64,000 bases of DNA from an uncultured Fibrobacteria bacterium (GTDB taxonomy: Bacteria > Fibrobacterota > Fibrobacteria > UBA11236), in NCBI GenBank assembly GCA_963716395.1, contig OY970309.1, forward strand, positions 2,450,615 through 2,514,614, given 5' to 3'. Below, one piece after another: positions 8,214 to 18,700 of this stretch; positions within the stretch are counted from its first letter, which is position 1; each line of letters starts with the position of its first letter. The notes under the pieces were generated by a model. The model was not told the DNA's origin and did no database searches. It saw only the letters and a list, made by a program, of their open reading frames with translations. Made by a program: the position numbers and the translations under genes.

Positions 8214-10559
8214 TCACGGCGTATTTTCGCCGGGCGCGAAGTCCCAGCGCACCGCGCCGGCGTGCGCTGTGACCTGCACTTCGGCACCGAGACTTCGTAA
8301 CAGCGCCAGGGTTTGGCGACCCGGAAAGCCGGGACGATGACCGGCGGAAATGACGGCTTGCGGAGGCGCTTCGGCGCGTAAAAAACAAGGCAAGGTGGTG
8401 CGGTCGCTGCCGTGATGCGGCGCCTTGAGCCAGGCGTGCCGCCATAGCGGCCAGGTCGAGGCCAGGGCTTTCTGCCCCGGCCCTTCGATGTCGCCTGTAA
8501 ACAGGGCGCGTCGCTTCGGGGTCGCGAGCAGGCATACCACCGAGCGGTTGTTGTCCGAGGCCGAGTCGAGCGAGGAATCCGGACCGAGCACCGACAGCGA
8601 CACCGCGCCGCGCCGGTACAGCCAGTCGCCGGCCGCAACCGGCCGCCAGGGTACGCCGCGGCGGCGCGCTTGGGCCTGCAGGCTCCGCCACGAAGGTTGC
8701 GCGTCGGGGGAGGTTTTAGGACTAAGAATAGTGGTGATGGGAAACGACCCCACCAGGGCGAACGCGCCGCCGAAATGATCGCAGTCGGGATGGGTGAGCA
8801 CCAGGCCGTCGAGGCGCTGGATGCCGCGGCTGCGCAGATAGGAAAGCAAGGTGCGCTGCGCCGTGCGTTGCGAAGGCCCGGCGTCGATGACATACACCGC
8901 GCCGGGCAATTCCACCACGGCGCCGTCGCCCTGGCCCACGTCGAGAAAGGTGCTGCGCACGGGTTCGCCCGCCAGCCGCCGCGTCACGGCCGGCCGGAAA
9001 AATTCTGCGACCGCGAGCACCGCCAACCCCAGCAGCGCCAAGCGCCCGGCCCGCGCGCGCCAGGCGGCCGTGATGGCGAAGATGGCGGCGGCGAAAATCC
9101 ACAGCCAGACGGCCGGCGGATCGGCGGCCGAGCGCAAGGCGCCGGGCAGGCGCGCCAACGCATGCACGCCGCCGTCGAGCAGGGCCGAAGCTAGGGCCGC
9201 GCAGGCGCCGGCCGCATGCGCCAGCGGCGGAAAGGGAGTGAACACCCAGGTGCACAATCCGGCCAGCAGCATGGCGGCCGCCAGCGGCGTGACGAGGAGA
9301 TTGCCGAGCACGCTCCAGGGCGCGAAGGCATGCACCGAGGCCGCCAACAGGGGATAGGTGTACAGGTTCACCATCACACTGAGGAGAACCACCCCCAGCG
9401 CACCGCGTAGAAGGCGCGGGCGCAGGCAACGGGCGGCCAGGTCGCGCGCTCCGCCGGCGCAGAGCACCAGACTCAAGGTGGCGGCGTAGGAAAGCTGAAA
9501 GCCGAGGTTGAGGATGAGGGTGGGGTGGAGCAGCAACTCCCCGGTTACGCATAGTGCCAGCGCATTGAGGGCCGAGGCCGGGCGCTCGCGCCAGAGCGCC
9601 GGCAAGAGCAGGGCGAGCATCCATCCGGCGCGCACCACGCTGGGCGGGGCGCCCACCACGGGAATGTAGACGGCCACGGCCGCGGCGGCCAAGGTGAAGG
9701 CGGTCTTGCGCGGCAGCCGCAGCCATAAGGCGCCGAAGAGCAGAAACGCGGCCAGCAGGGCGATGTGCTCGCCGCTGATGGCGAGGATGTGCTGCATGCC
9801 GCTGCGCAGAAAGGCCTGCCGGGTTTCTTCGGGAATCCGCTGCCGTTCATTCAGCAAGGTGCCTTCCAGCAAAGGCCGCTCCGGGGCCGGTACATTTTGC
9901 TGCAGGCTTCGCTCCAGGCGGGTGCGCAAGCCGGCCAGGACCCGCATCCACCGCGGCGGCGGCCGGATTTCTTTCCAGGTCTCGCCGGAGAGAAACGAGA
10001 TTTCCCCCTGCGATCGCAAGGAGCGGCGCGCATCGCTTTGTCCCGGATTGTCCGGCGCAGCCGGAGGCTGCTCGCGTGCGAGCAAAAGGCCCGTGGCGCC
10101 CCAGCGGGGCCAAGGCGCGTCGGCCGGCAGCGAGGCCAGGAAACAGCCCCGGTCGGTGCGGAAGGGGAAGGTAACACGGGAGTAACCTGGCGCGGGAAAA
10201 TTGCCCACGGTGCCGACGTAATAACGGAAGTTTCCGGCCCGGCGCGGCGGAACGTGGAATAAAAACCCCGATCCCAAGGCGCGAAAGTTCCCGGCGAACC
10301 ACAGCGCGCACAGGGGATAGGCGAGCAGAAGCGCAGCGCGCGCGACGCGTTTTTTGGGAAGGCACAGAAAGGCGTGCAGGGCGAACCCCGCGGCGCCGGA
10401 GATCGGCGACACGAACACGGTGAGCGCCGCCCAGAACACGGGCGCGCACAGGGTCAAGCCCGCATGCAGGTCCGCGCCGCGGCGGCAGGCCGCGAGGCCG
10501 CGAAACGCGGCGGGGCCGGGGGCGGCAAGGCGCATGACGAAAAGCATAGGCGGGTACAA
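8214..10559 (-). CDS. comEC: DNA internalization competence protein ComEC/Rec2 (with metallo-beta-lactamase domain)
   Basis: Polytopic competence domain, plus FLDVGQGDGAVVELPG...LVLTHPDCDHFGG MBL motifs. Confidence 0.9.
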   Translation of the reverse strand: MYPPMLFVMRLAAPGPAAFRGLAACRRGADLHAGLTLCAPVFWAALTVFVSPISGAAGFALHAFLCLPKKRVARAALLLAYPLCALWFAGNFRALGSGFLFHVPPRRAGNFRYYVGTVGNFPAPGYSRVTFPFRTDRGCFLASLPADAPWPRWGATGLLLAREQPPAAPDNPGQSDARRSLRSQGEISFLSGETWKEIRPPPRWMRVLAGLRTRLERSLQQNVPAPERPLLEGTLLNERQRIPEETRQAFLRSGMQHILAISGEHIALLAAFLLFGALWLRLPRKTAFTLAAAAVAVYIPVVGAPPSVVRAGWMLALLLPALWRERPASALNALALCVTGELLLHPTLILNLGFQLSYAATLSLVLCAGGARDLAARCLRPRLLRGALGVVLLSVMVNLYTYPLLAASVHAFAPWSVLGNLLVTPLAAAMLLAGLCTWVFTPFPPLAHAAGACAALASALLDGGVHALARLPGALRSAADPPAVWLWIFAAAIFAITAAWRARAGRLALLGLAVLAVAEFFRPAVTRRLAGEPVRSTFLDVGQGDGAVVELPGAVYVIDAGPSQRTAQRTLLSYLRSRGIQRLDGLVLTHPDCDHFGGAFALVGSFPITTILSPKTSPDAQPSWRSLQAQARRRGVPWRPVAAGDWLYRRGAVSLSVLGPDSSLDSASDNNRSVVCLLATPKRRALFTGDIEGPGQKALASTWPLWRHAWLKAPHHGSDRTTLPCFLRAEAPPQAVISAGHRPGFPGRQTLALLRSLGAEVQVTAHAGAVRWDFAPGENTP

Positions 10560-10680
10560 GGCGTGCGAGCGTGACTCTCGTCACATCGGACCGCGGCCTG
10601 GGTCGCGTCCGCCTCGAGTCCCCGCAGCTTACAGCGGGGGCATCATTTCCGCGTTACCCGGGTCCGGCAGAATCGCCCCC

Positions 10681-10714
10681 AAAGAAAAAGCGGGCCCGCG
10701 CGGGGCCCGCTTTT
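10681..10714 (-). terminator. Rho-independent terminator downstream of hup (A/T tracts on both sides, possibly bidirectional)
   Basis: AGCGGGCC...GGCCCGCT hairpin at 10689-10711. It is followed on the minus strand by TTTTTCTTT. Confidence 0.7.
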
Positions 10715-10731
10715 CATGCAAGATCCGAAGA

Positions 10732-11025
10732 CTATTTCTTTTTGCCGGCAATGGCTTCTTTGGCGGCCTTGGCCACGCGGAATTTCACCACGCGCTTGGC
10801 GGGAATCTTGATCGATTCACCGGTCGCGGGATTGCGTCCCATGCGCGCCTTGCGATTCACCAGCACCAGTTTGCCGAGACCCGGAAGGGTGAAACCGTTC
10901 TTGGCATTCTTGTACGCCAGTTTCGATTGCGCTTCCATGAAGCCGCGCACCTGCACCTTGGTGAGGCCGGTGGCATCGGCCAATTGGCTGATGATTTCGC
11001 TTTGGGTGAGACTTTTTTCTGCCAT
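10732..11025 (-). CDS. hup: HU-family DNA-binding protein
   Basis: The 97-aa product MAEKSLTQSEIISQLADATGLTK...GRNPATGESIKIPAKRVVKFR matches the HU/IHF fold signature. Confidence 0.9.
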   Translation of the reverse strand: MAEKSLTQSEIISQLADATGLTKVQVRGFMEAQSKLAYKNAKNGFTLPGLGKLVLVNRKARMGRNPATGESIKIPAKRVVKFRVAKAAKEAIAGKKK

Positions 11026-11259
11026 GCATGATCCTTTCGAGAGGGTGTTGGGAAAGGCGCAGCGGCCTTTCGAGGGAAATAATGTAAGTCCTGTGACATG
11101 CGGCGGCGAGATGTTTTCCGGTTTTGACCCTGAATTCACGGGGCCGGAGAGCGGTCGCCGTCTGCAACCCCCGGCCGGGTGGGGCCGGAACGCCGTCGGC
11201 TGCGGGCCAAAGGCGCCGCGCAATGCTACCATTCCGGCTCCGTCCCCGCGGCTGCGCGC

Positions 11260-11811
11260 ATGTCTTCCGCCTTTGGATCCGTCTTTTCGCCCCGCTGTAA
11301 AAGGGTTTTGGCCCTGTTGACGCCCGAGCCGCATTGGGAAGAGGAACTGTGCGCCGCGTTGGAATCGGCGTTCGGCCCCATCGATTTTCGCGGGGCGTTC
11401 TTGCCCTTCGCGGACACCGAGTATTATACCGAAGAGATGGGGGCCCCGTTGTATCGGGGCTGGGTATCTTTTCGCGGCCTGGCGGCGCCCGAGCACTTGG
11501 CGCAATGGAAAGAGCAAACGCGCGCCCTCGAAGCGCGCTGGACGCGCGACGGTAAACGCAGCCGCAATCTCGACATCGGGTATCTCGATCCCGACAAACT
11601 GGTGCTGGCGTCTTACAAACGCGGCCCGTTTAAACTGTATTTGGGAAACGCGGTGTGGGCCGACATGGTGATGGGATATGCGCGCGGATGTTACACATCG
11701 ACACCGTGGGCTTTTGCCGACTTCCGCTCCGGTCAGTATAATAAGGTCTTGGGAGCCATCCGCGAAAAGTTGAAAGCGGAGATGAGGGTATGGAACCGCG
11801 AACACGTTTGA
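11260..11811 (+). CDS. DUF4416 family protein
   Basis: FGPIDFRGAFLPFADTEYYTEEMG...NLDIGYLDPDKLVLASYK matches my recollection of DUF4416. The start is uncertain (11179-11290). Confidence 0.65.
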   Translation: MSSAFGSVFSPRCKRVLALLTPEPHWEEELCAALESAFGPIDFRGAFLPFADTEYYTEEMGAPLYRGWVSFRGLAAPEHLAQWKEQTRALEARWTRDGKRSRNLDIGYLDPDKLVLASYKRGPFKLYLGNAVWADMVMGYARGCYTSTPWAFADFRSGQYNKVLGAIREKLKAEMRVWNREHV

Positions 11812-13004
11812 TTTTGACGGCGGTCGTCGCTGCCGCCGCGGTCTTTGCCTTGGCGGGATGCGGCACCATCGACATGTCCACCGGCGACAATGGCGGCGGC
11901 GGGGGCGGCCCGGTGACGCGGCGCCTGTTCGTCAGCGATCCGGCGGCCAACGATTCGCTGCCGCCGGCCTTTGCCGGTCCGGGCGTGGGGTTCGTGCTGC
12001 AGCCGAACCAAAGCTATACCTTGCAGGTAAATACGACGACGGCGGGAGATCAACTGGCCTTTTCCAGCGTCGACGTGTACGGCAACCTGCATCCCATCGC
12101 CACGCTGTCGTCGCAGCCCGACAGCAGCGGCGAGTATTTTCCCTTGCAATCCACCCTGACCACCGCGCAGTTCTTCGTGGGCCGTCTGGTGGCCGCCGGC
12201 GGCGTATCGGCGGCGCCGCGCATCGCGCATATCAGCCTGGCCAATGTGAATCCGGTGGAATCGCATAATCTCTCCGTGCATTTGTTCATGGTGGGCAGGT
12301 TTGCCAACCTGCCCGACACCGCTGCGGAAAACTCGTTCGCCCAGTCCTTTCTGTCGCAGCTCACGGCGATTTACGATTCGTTTTCGGTGACGCTGAAATC
12401 CTCCTATGAGCTCGTGCCCGACACCCAGGTCGCCATGCCCTTCGGCGACACCTTCGTCGATCTTCCCGGCCAGCGCATTCCGGGGGACGCGCATCTGTAC
12501 ATGGTCAACAGCATCTACCAGTCGGGCGCGCCCATTTCGTCGGAGATTCTGGGATTCGCGCCGCGCGAAGTCGTCAACCTCGACCTCGACCCCGAAAGCC
12601 GGGTGTTGCTCAGCGAGACCGGCGGTACGGCCGCCGATCTGGCCACCACGGCCGCACATGAGCTCGGGCACTTTTTCGGCATGCGCCACCCCACGGCCAC
12701 CAATCTCGACCTGGCGGCCGACGATGACCAGAGTAATCAGGACGACGGTATGGCTTCTACGCCGCTGTGCCGCGATATGGCCATGCCCAAGGCGGGCGCG
12801 GCGCCCGCGCCCAAATTGGTCGGCCCTTACGGAAAGCCGTATTGCCTGTTCGTGAAAGGCCTGCCTACCTCCTGCCCTTCGGATTGCGATATCAACAACC
12901 TGATGTTCGCCTTCGCCTGCCTGCCAGCGGCGCAGCAGCGTAACCTGACCACGGAGCAGCAGGTGTTCTTTCGCCGCAATATGGGCCTGATGCAAGGCCT
13001 GTAA
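11790..13004 (+). CDS. Secreted lipoprotein with a metzincin zinc-protease motif
   Basis: Signal peptide with lipobox LAGC, a Gly-rich linker, and an exact HExxHxxGxxH motif (HELGHFFGMRH). Confidence 0.75.
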   Translation: MEPRTRLILTAVVAAAAVFALAGCGTIDMSTGDNGGGGGGPVTRRLFVSDPAANDSLPPAFAGPGVGFVLQPNQSYTLQVNTTTAGDQLAFSSVDVYGNLHPIATLSSQPDSSGEYFPLQSTLTTAQFFVGRLVAAGGVSAAPRIAHISLANVNPVESHNLSVHLFMVGRFANLPDTAAENSFAQSFLSQLTAIYDSFSVTLKSSYELVPDTQVAMPFGDTFVDLPGQRIPGDAHLYMVNSIYQSGAPISSEILGFAPREVVNLDLDPESRVLLSETGGTAADLATTAAHELGHFFGMRHPTATNLDLAADDDQSNQDDGMASTPLCRDMAMPKAGAAPAPKLVGPYGKPYCLFVKGLPTSCPSDCDINNLMFAFACLPAAQQRNLTTEQQVFFRRNMGLMQGL

Positions 13005-13012
13005 CATAAACG

Positions 13013-13462
13013 CTACGACGCGTCGGCGTGACGGTCGAGCCAATCCTGCAGGATATAGCAGGCCGCCACGCGGTCGATTTCGGCTTTTTCGCGCGCCCAG
13101 CGGCGCGGCCCGCCGCCGGGGCGCCGGCGCGATCGCAGGCTGTCGGCGGCCAGCGCGCTGGTGAAGCTCTCGTCTTCGAGATGCACGGGCAGGCCGAAGC
13201 GGGTCCGCAGTTGCGCGGCGAAGGCATCTACGGCCAGGGTTTTGCCGCCGGGTTTTTCCACGCCGTCGGTGCGCAGGGGATAGCCCAGTACCAGGGTGTC
13301 GACCTTGCGCTCGCGAATGATGGTGCTGAGGGCCGCGAGCACGTCGGGGTGGCGGCGCCGGTCCAGGGTGGTCAGCCCCGCAGCCAGGCGGCGTCCGGCA
13401 TCGGAAACCGCGACGCCGAGGCGGCGTTCGCCGAAGTCGAGGCCGAGCACGGTTCCGGGCAT
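13013..13462 (-). CDS. ruvX: Holliday junction resolvase-like / pre-16S rRNA nuclease YqgF
   Basis: The N-terminal VLGLDFGERRLGVAVSD motif and a 149-aa length. Confidence 0.9.
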   Translation of the reverse strand: MPGTVLGLDFGERRLGVAVSDAGRRLAAGLTTLDRRRHPDVLAALSTIIRERKVDTLVLGYPLRTDGVEKPGGKTLAVDAFAAQLRTRFGLPVHLEDESFTSALAADSLRSRRRPGGGPRRWAREKAEIDRVAACYILQDWLDRHADAS

Positions 13463-13545
13463 GCCCCGAATTTAAATCCCCCGTACGCGCGGGAAGGCGA
13501 ACGACACAAAATCGATGGGGGCCGGTCGGTTGGAACCCGAGGCGG

Positions 13546-15354
13546 TCAGGTCGAAGTGCGACGGCGCTGGGTGTCGTCGAGAATGATTTTCCGCAGGCGC
13601 AAATTCTTGCCCGTGATCTCGACGGCTTCGTCGTCGTTGATGAATTCCAGGCCTTCTTCCAGCGACAGTTCGCGGTGCGGGGTGAGCACGGTGGCTTCGT
13701 CGGCCGCGGTGGTGCGCATGTTGGTCAATTGCTTGGTCTTGGACACGTTGATGATGAGGTCGTCGCCGCGGCTGTGTTCGCCCACGATCATGCCGGGATA
13801 CACATTGGCGCCCGGGCCGATGAACATGACGCCGCGATCCTCCAGCTTCCACAGGGCATAGGCCACCGACACGCCGCGCTCCTTGGCGATGAGGGCGCCG
13901 GTGGACCGCTGTTCGATGCGCCCCTTCATGGGCTCGAAGCCTTTGAACAATTGCTGGAACACGGCGTAGCCTTTGCTCAGCGACAGCAGGCGGGTGCGCA
14001 AACCGATCAGCCCGCGGGCGGGAATGTCGAACACCACCCGCGTCTGTTCGCCTTCGAGCGCCATGTCGCGCATTTCGCCGCGGCGCCGGTTGATTTCGTC
14101 GATCACCATGCCTGCGTATTCCTGCGGCGCGTGGATGGTGATGGTTTCCACCGGTTCCAATTCGACGCCCTCTTCGACCCGGGTCAAAACGCGCGGCCGG
14201 CCCACGGTGAATTCGTATCCTTCGCGGCGCATTTTTTCGATGATGACCGAAAGGTGCAGGACGCCGCGGCCCGCGACGCGAAAGGCGCCCGGTTCGTCGA
14301 GCCGCTCGACGTGCAGGGCCACGTCGGCCAGCGCCTCGCGTTCGAGCCGTTCGGCCAGGTGGTTCGAGGTGAGAAATCGGCCGCCGTCCAGCCCGCAAAA
14401 GGGCGAATCGTTGACCCAGAACCGCATGGAGATGGTGGGCGGGTCGACGTGGATGCGCGGTAAGGCCACGGGATTTTCTTCGCCCGACAAGGTGTCGCCC
14501 AAGGTGAAATCGGGTACGCCGCACAACGACACGATTTGACCGGCCACGGCCTCGGGAATCTCCTTGAGCTTGACGCCCTCGGGGTAGAGGATTTTCGAGA
14601 TGCGCACTTTCTTGACTTCACCCGCGGCATTGAGATGGGTGAGGCTTTGATTGGTGCGCAGCAGCCCCTGTTGCAGGCGGCCTACGGCCATGCGACCCAT
14701 GAATTCCTGATAGTCGAGGCTGGTGATCTGCAGAATGGGCAACGACCCGGTCCCGACCTTGGGTGCGGGAATGCGATCGAGAATGAGTTCGAACAAGGGC
14801 GCCAGATTGGAATCCGGATCTTCGAGTTTGCGGCGGCAGGTGCCGTTGCGGCCCGAAGCGAAGATATACGCGAAGTCGAGCTGGTTCTCATGCGCGCCCA
14901 GATCGATGAACAAATCCAACACCTGATCCATGGCCCGCAGCGGTTCACAGCCGGGCCGGTCGATCTTATTGATCACCACGCACAACGTCAGGCCCAGTTC
15001 CAGGGCTTTCTTGGTGACGAAGCGCGTCTGCGCCATGGGCCCTTCGAAGGCGTCGACGATGAGCAAGGCGCCATCGACCGTGCCCAATACGCGTTCGACC
15101 TGGCCGCCGAAGTCGGCGTGGCCGGGCGTGTCGACGATGTTGATCAGATAATCGCGGAACACCACCGAGGCGTTTTTGGAAAAGATGGTGATGCCGCGTT
15201 CGCGCTCCTGATCATTGGAGTCGAGCACGCGCTCGTTGACGACCTGGCTTTCGCGGAACACCCCGCTTTGCTTGAGCAAACCGTCGACGAGGGTCGTCTT
15301 GCCGTGATCGACATGGGCGATAATCGCCACGTTGCGGATTTTTGAACTTTCCAT
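13546..15354 (-). CDS. typA: Translational GTPase TypA/BipA
   Basis: [19 protein letters not shown] and [16 protein letters not shown]-type G motifs. 602 aa with EF-G-like domain order. Confidence 0.97.
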   Translation of the reverse strand: MESSKIRNVAIIAHVDHGKTTLVDGLLKQSGVFRESQVVNERVLDSNDQERERGITIFSKNASVVFRDYLINIVDTPGHADFGGQVERVLGTVDGALLIVDAFEGPMAQTRFVTKKALELGLTLCVVINKIDRPGCEPLRAMDQVLDLFIDLGAHENQLDFAYIFASGRNGTCRRKLEDPDSNLAPLFELILDRIPAPKVGTGSLPILQITSLDYQEFMGRMAVGRLQQGLLRTNQSLTHLNAAGEVKKVRISKILYPEGVKLKEIPEAVAGQIVSLCGVPDFTLGDTLSGEENPVALPRIHVDPPTISMRFWVNDSPFCGLDGGRFLTSNHLAERLEREALADVALHVERLDEPGAFRVAGRGVLHLSVIIEKMRREGYEFTVGRPRVLTRVEEGVELEPVETITIHAPQEYAGMVIDEINRRRGEMRDMALEGEQTRVVFDIPARGLIGLRTRLLSLSKGYAVFQQLFKGFEPMKGRIEQRSTGALIAKERGVSVAYALWKLEDRGVMFIGPGANVYPGMIVGEHSRGDDLIINVSKTKQLTNMRTTAADEATVLTPHRELSLEEGLEFINDDEAVEITGKNLRLRKIILDDTQRRRTST

Positions 15355-15747
15355 CGCTGTCTTTCTGCGCCCGCCGCCAAAGAAATCAAGCTGAAACGAA
15401 CGGCGCCCACCGCCCGCTCGTCGGGGCGGAAATAGGAACAGAATCGACGGTTCTTGTCAAGAACGCCTTCCGGCCTCCAACCGAGTCCCAAGTCCGGGGT
15501 CTCTCTGCGGCCCCACGACTACGGTTTTGAGTGTGCGATCGGTTTCAATCCATGCCGCGCTTTCGCGGGCCCGTTCCACACCCGGGCCGAAACCGCCGGC
15601 GTGATTTACGGGAGCCGGAAGGCCGGGGCGGGAGGTTTCTTCTCAATAAAATTCGTTACGGCGATCGGAAAAGATCGCATAATTGACGGTGACGGCGGAG
15701 CGACCCGATAGCTCGGTTGTCCAGCGCGCAGTTTGGAAGGAGGCATT

Positions 15748-18700
15748 ATGAAGATCCGGATCGCGGGCCTGGGCCTGCGCTTGGTTGCGGCCGTTGCGGC
15801 ACTTCTCGGCATCACGTACAGGGCCGCTTGTGCCGATTTGCCGGCGGCTTGGGATTCCCTGCTGGCCAACCGGCCATTGGCCGCGCGCGCCGAGTTCGAG
15901 AAATTCCTGCGCGCCCCCAATCCCCGCGTGGCCGGTGAAGCCCGGCGCGGCCTGGGAATGGTCGCGCGCTTTCTCGGCCAACCCGAGACCGAAACCCAAT
16001 GGAACTTCGACGCTTTTACCCAAGACCATGACACCTTGGCCTTTCTGGCCCCGGCGAATCGGCGCTATCGCTTTGAACGCTCGTGGTGGGGGCATACCCT
16101 GGCCGCCGGATACGCGGTGGACAAGTCGATGGGTGCGCATCCGCCGCTGCTCACGGCGACCCTGGCCGCCGAATTGGCCTTGCGGCTGGCCAATGACGGC
16201 GATCTCCAGGGCGCGGCCAAGCTGGAAGCACGCCTGGGCCTGGTGCGCCGCTGGTGGGCCATCGGTCCCTTCGCCAATATTTCCGGTAGCGGATTCGATC
16301 AGGTGTATCCGCCGGAAACCGCCGTGCAATTGGATTCCGCGTACCGGGGCAAGAACGGGAATACCGTGCGGTGGTTTCCGCTCACCACGACGCCGCCCAC
16401 CACCTGGATTTTCAACCAATACCATCTGCCGTTTCCCAACGCCGTGTTGTACTTCGCGGCCCAAATCGAAAGCCCCGACGCCCAGCAGGCTTGGGTGTCC
16501 TTCGGAGCGTCGGGCAGTTTCAAAGTCTGGGTGAACGACCGGTTGGTGCTGGCCGACAAGGTGTTCCGCAACACGGGTGAAGACGCCTTCGCCCAACCCG
16601 TCGCATTGCATCGCGGCCCCAACCGCATTTTGGTGAAGCTGGGGAATGATTCGCGTTACTCCAATTTCCAATTGCGGCTACTCGACGCCGGGGGCCGCGG
16701 CCTCGCCGATTTCAAGGAAACCGACCCGCGCGGCGCCTACGCGCATGACACCGGCGTCGTGGCCGATTTACAGAATTCGCCCAACCTCGCGCGCGCGCTG
16801 GACTATCTGCGGGCGCGGCTGGAAAAAAATCCCGGCGACGCCGACGCCGCGCTGTTGCGGATGGATGTGTTCAATGTCAACGAGATGACCGACAGCGCCG
16901 AAGTGTGGGGGCTGCGGCAATTGGCGCTGCATCCGCGCAGCGCGCTTTGGCTTTCGCTCCTGTCCGAGAGCATGACCCGTAGCGGACAGGTGACCCGGTC
17001 CCAAGCGTATCTCAAATCGGCTTACCGCAACAGCCCGTATTGCTACGCCGGCTGGATGCAGGAACTCACGCGCCTGTCCAAATCGGCCGGACCGGAAATG
17101 GTGCTCGACTTTCTGGCCAAGAGCCCGCCCGAATTCCGGCAGAGCCAAACCGCGTTGTGGGCTTCGATCGTGAAGCTTGGCGAGCTGGGACGCAAGGCCG
17201 ATGCCCTGAATCAGTTGGCCGAACTCGAACGCGTGCCCGAATTCGATGTCGTGACCGCCGCCTTGCTGGCCGGCGTTTACAAGGCGCAAGGGCGTAAAGA
17301 CGACGCGCTGCAGATCTGGAAAAAGTTCACCGATTTCCGCCACACCGATGGGGATGCCTATCGCGAAGCGGCCAATCTCGACATCGGTGCGGGTGAAGTC
17401 GCGCAAGCCTCGGCGTGGTTGCGGACCGGCAGCGAATTTTCGCCCGACAATCCCAACCTGCCGATCACCCTCGCCAATCTGGAAATGCAGAACAAACAAT
17501 ACGACGCGGCCCAAAAAGACCTGGACCACGCCGAAGCGCTGGCGCCCACCCACCCCGCGGTGCTGGGCCTCAAAGCCAATCTCCTGTTTCTCAGGGGCCG
17601 CCGGCAGGAAGCGCGCTCCACCCTGCTGCAGAGCATCGATTACAACTACAACGACTTCGATGCCTGGGACAAACTCCTGGAAATAGACGGCCAGCCCACG
17701 TTCGAGTCGCTGGCGCCCCTGCCTTCGGTCGACAGCCTGCTGCAAGCGTCCCGCGGCTGGGAAGGGCTGCAACAGGAACGCGGGGCCCTCGTCGCCTATC
17801 TGCACGACGTTTTCTTCTATCCCAGCCGCGCCGTGCGCACCCGCACCTTTCTGGTGGCGCATCTCACGACCGCCAAGGCGGTGGACAACTGGAAGGAATA
17901 CGATATTCCCTACAACGCCACCTACCAAAGCGTGAACGTCGTCGCGGCGCATACGCGCAAGGCCTCGGGCGAAGAGATCGACGCCGAAGTGCGCGGCACC
18001 GACGTGGTTTTCAAGTCGTTGGAGCCGGGCGACGCCGTGGTGCTCGAATGGACGGACCAAGACGATTACGACGGCGACATGGCCCGGCAATGTTGGGGGC
18101 GTTTCCAATTCCGGCTGAGCCTGCCCACCTTTTTTTCGCGCTTGCGCCTGTATACGGCCGGCCGCGACACCATCGGGTACCACATTCGCGGCGCGGACAT
18201 CCGCTTTACGGCCGGCGAAAGCTCCGGGGTCAAAATGCGCAGTTTCGCACGCGGGCCCTACCTGGTTTCGCCCAAAGACTGGTATCTGCCCATCAACGAC
18301 TCCACCGCGCCCGACGTGTTGTACTCGACGTTTTCGAATTGGGGGCAGATCGCCGACTGGTACGCCGATATTACCGAGGACAAAAGCGCGCCGGTACCCA
18401 TCGTGCAACGGCTGGCCGATTCGCTGTTCCGCGGCGCCGGCGATGACGCCGAAAAGGTGCGACGCGTGCAGCGTTTCGTAGCCTCGGTCATTTCCTACAG
18501 CAGCCTGCCGTTTCGCCAAAGCGGGTGGATTCCCCAGCCCGCGCAGGAGGTGTTGGCCAGCCGGCTCGGCGATTGCAAAGACAAATCGGCCCTGGCGAAA
18601 AGCCTGCTGGCGCTGGCTGGCATCCCCAGTCATCTCGTATTGGTGGCCACGCGCGACGAGTTCGACACGCGCCCCGGTCCCATCGGCCCGCATTTCAACC

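Noticed and set aside
11033-11076. Direct repeat CCTTTCGAG(A)GGG x2 in the hup 5' region
   Set aside because: It is short, and one copy simply provides the hup RBS on the minus strand (GAAAGGA). That is insufficient evidence for a distinct element.
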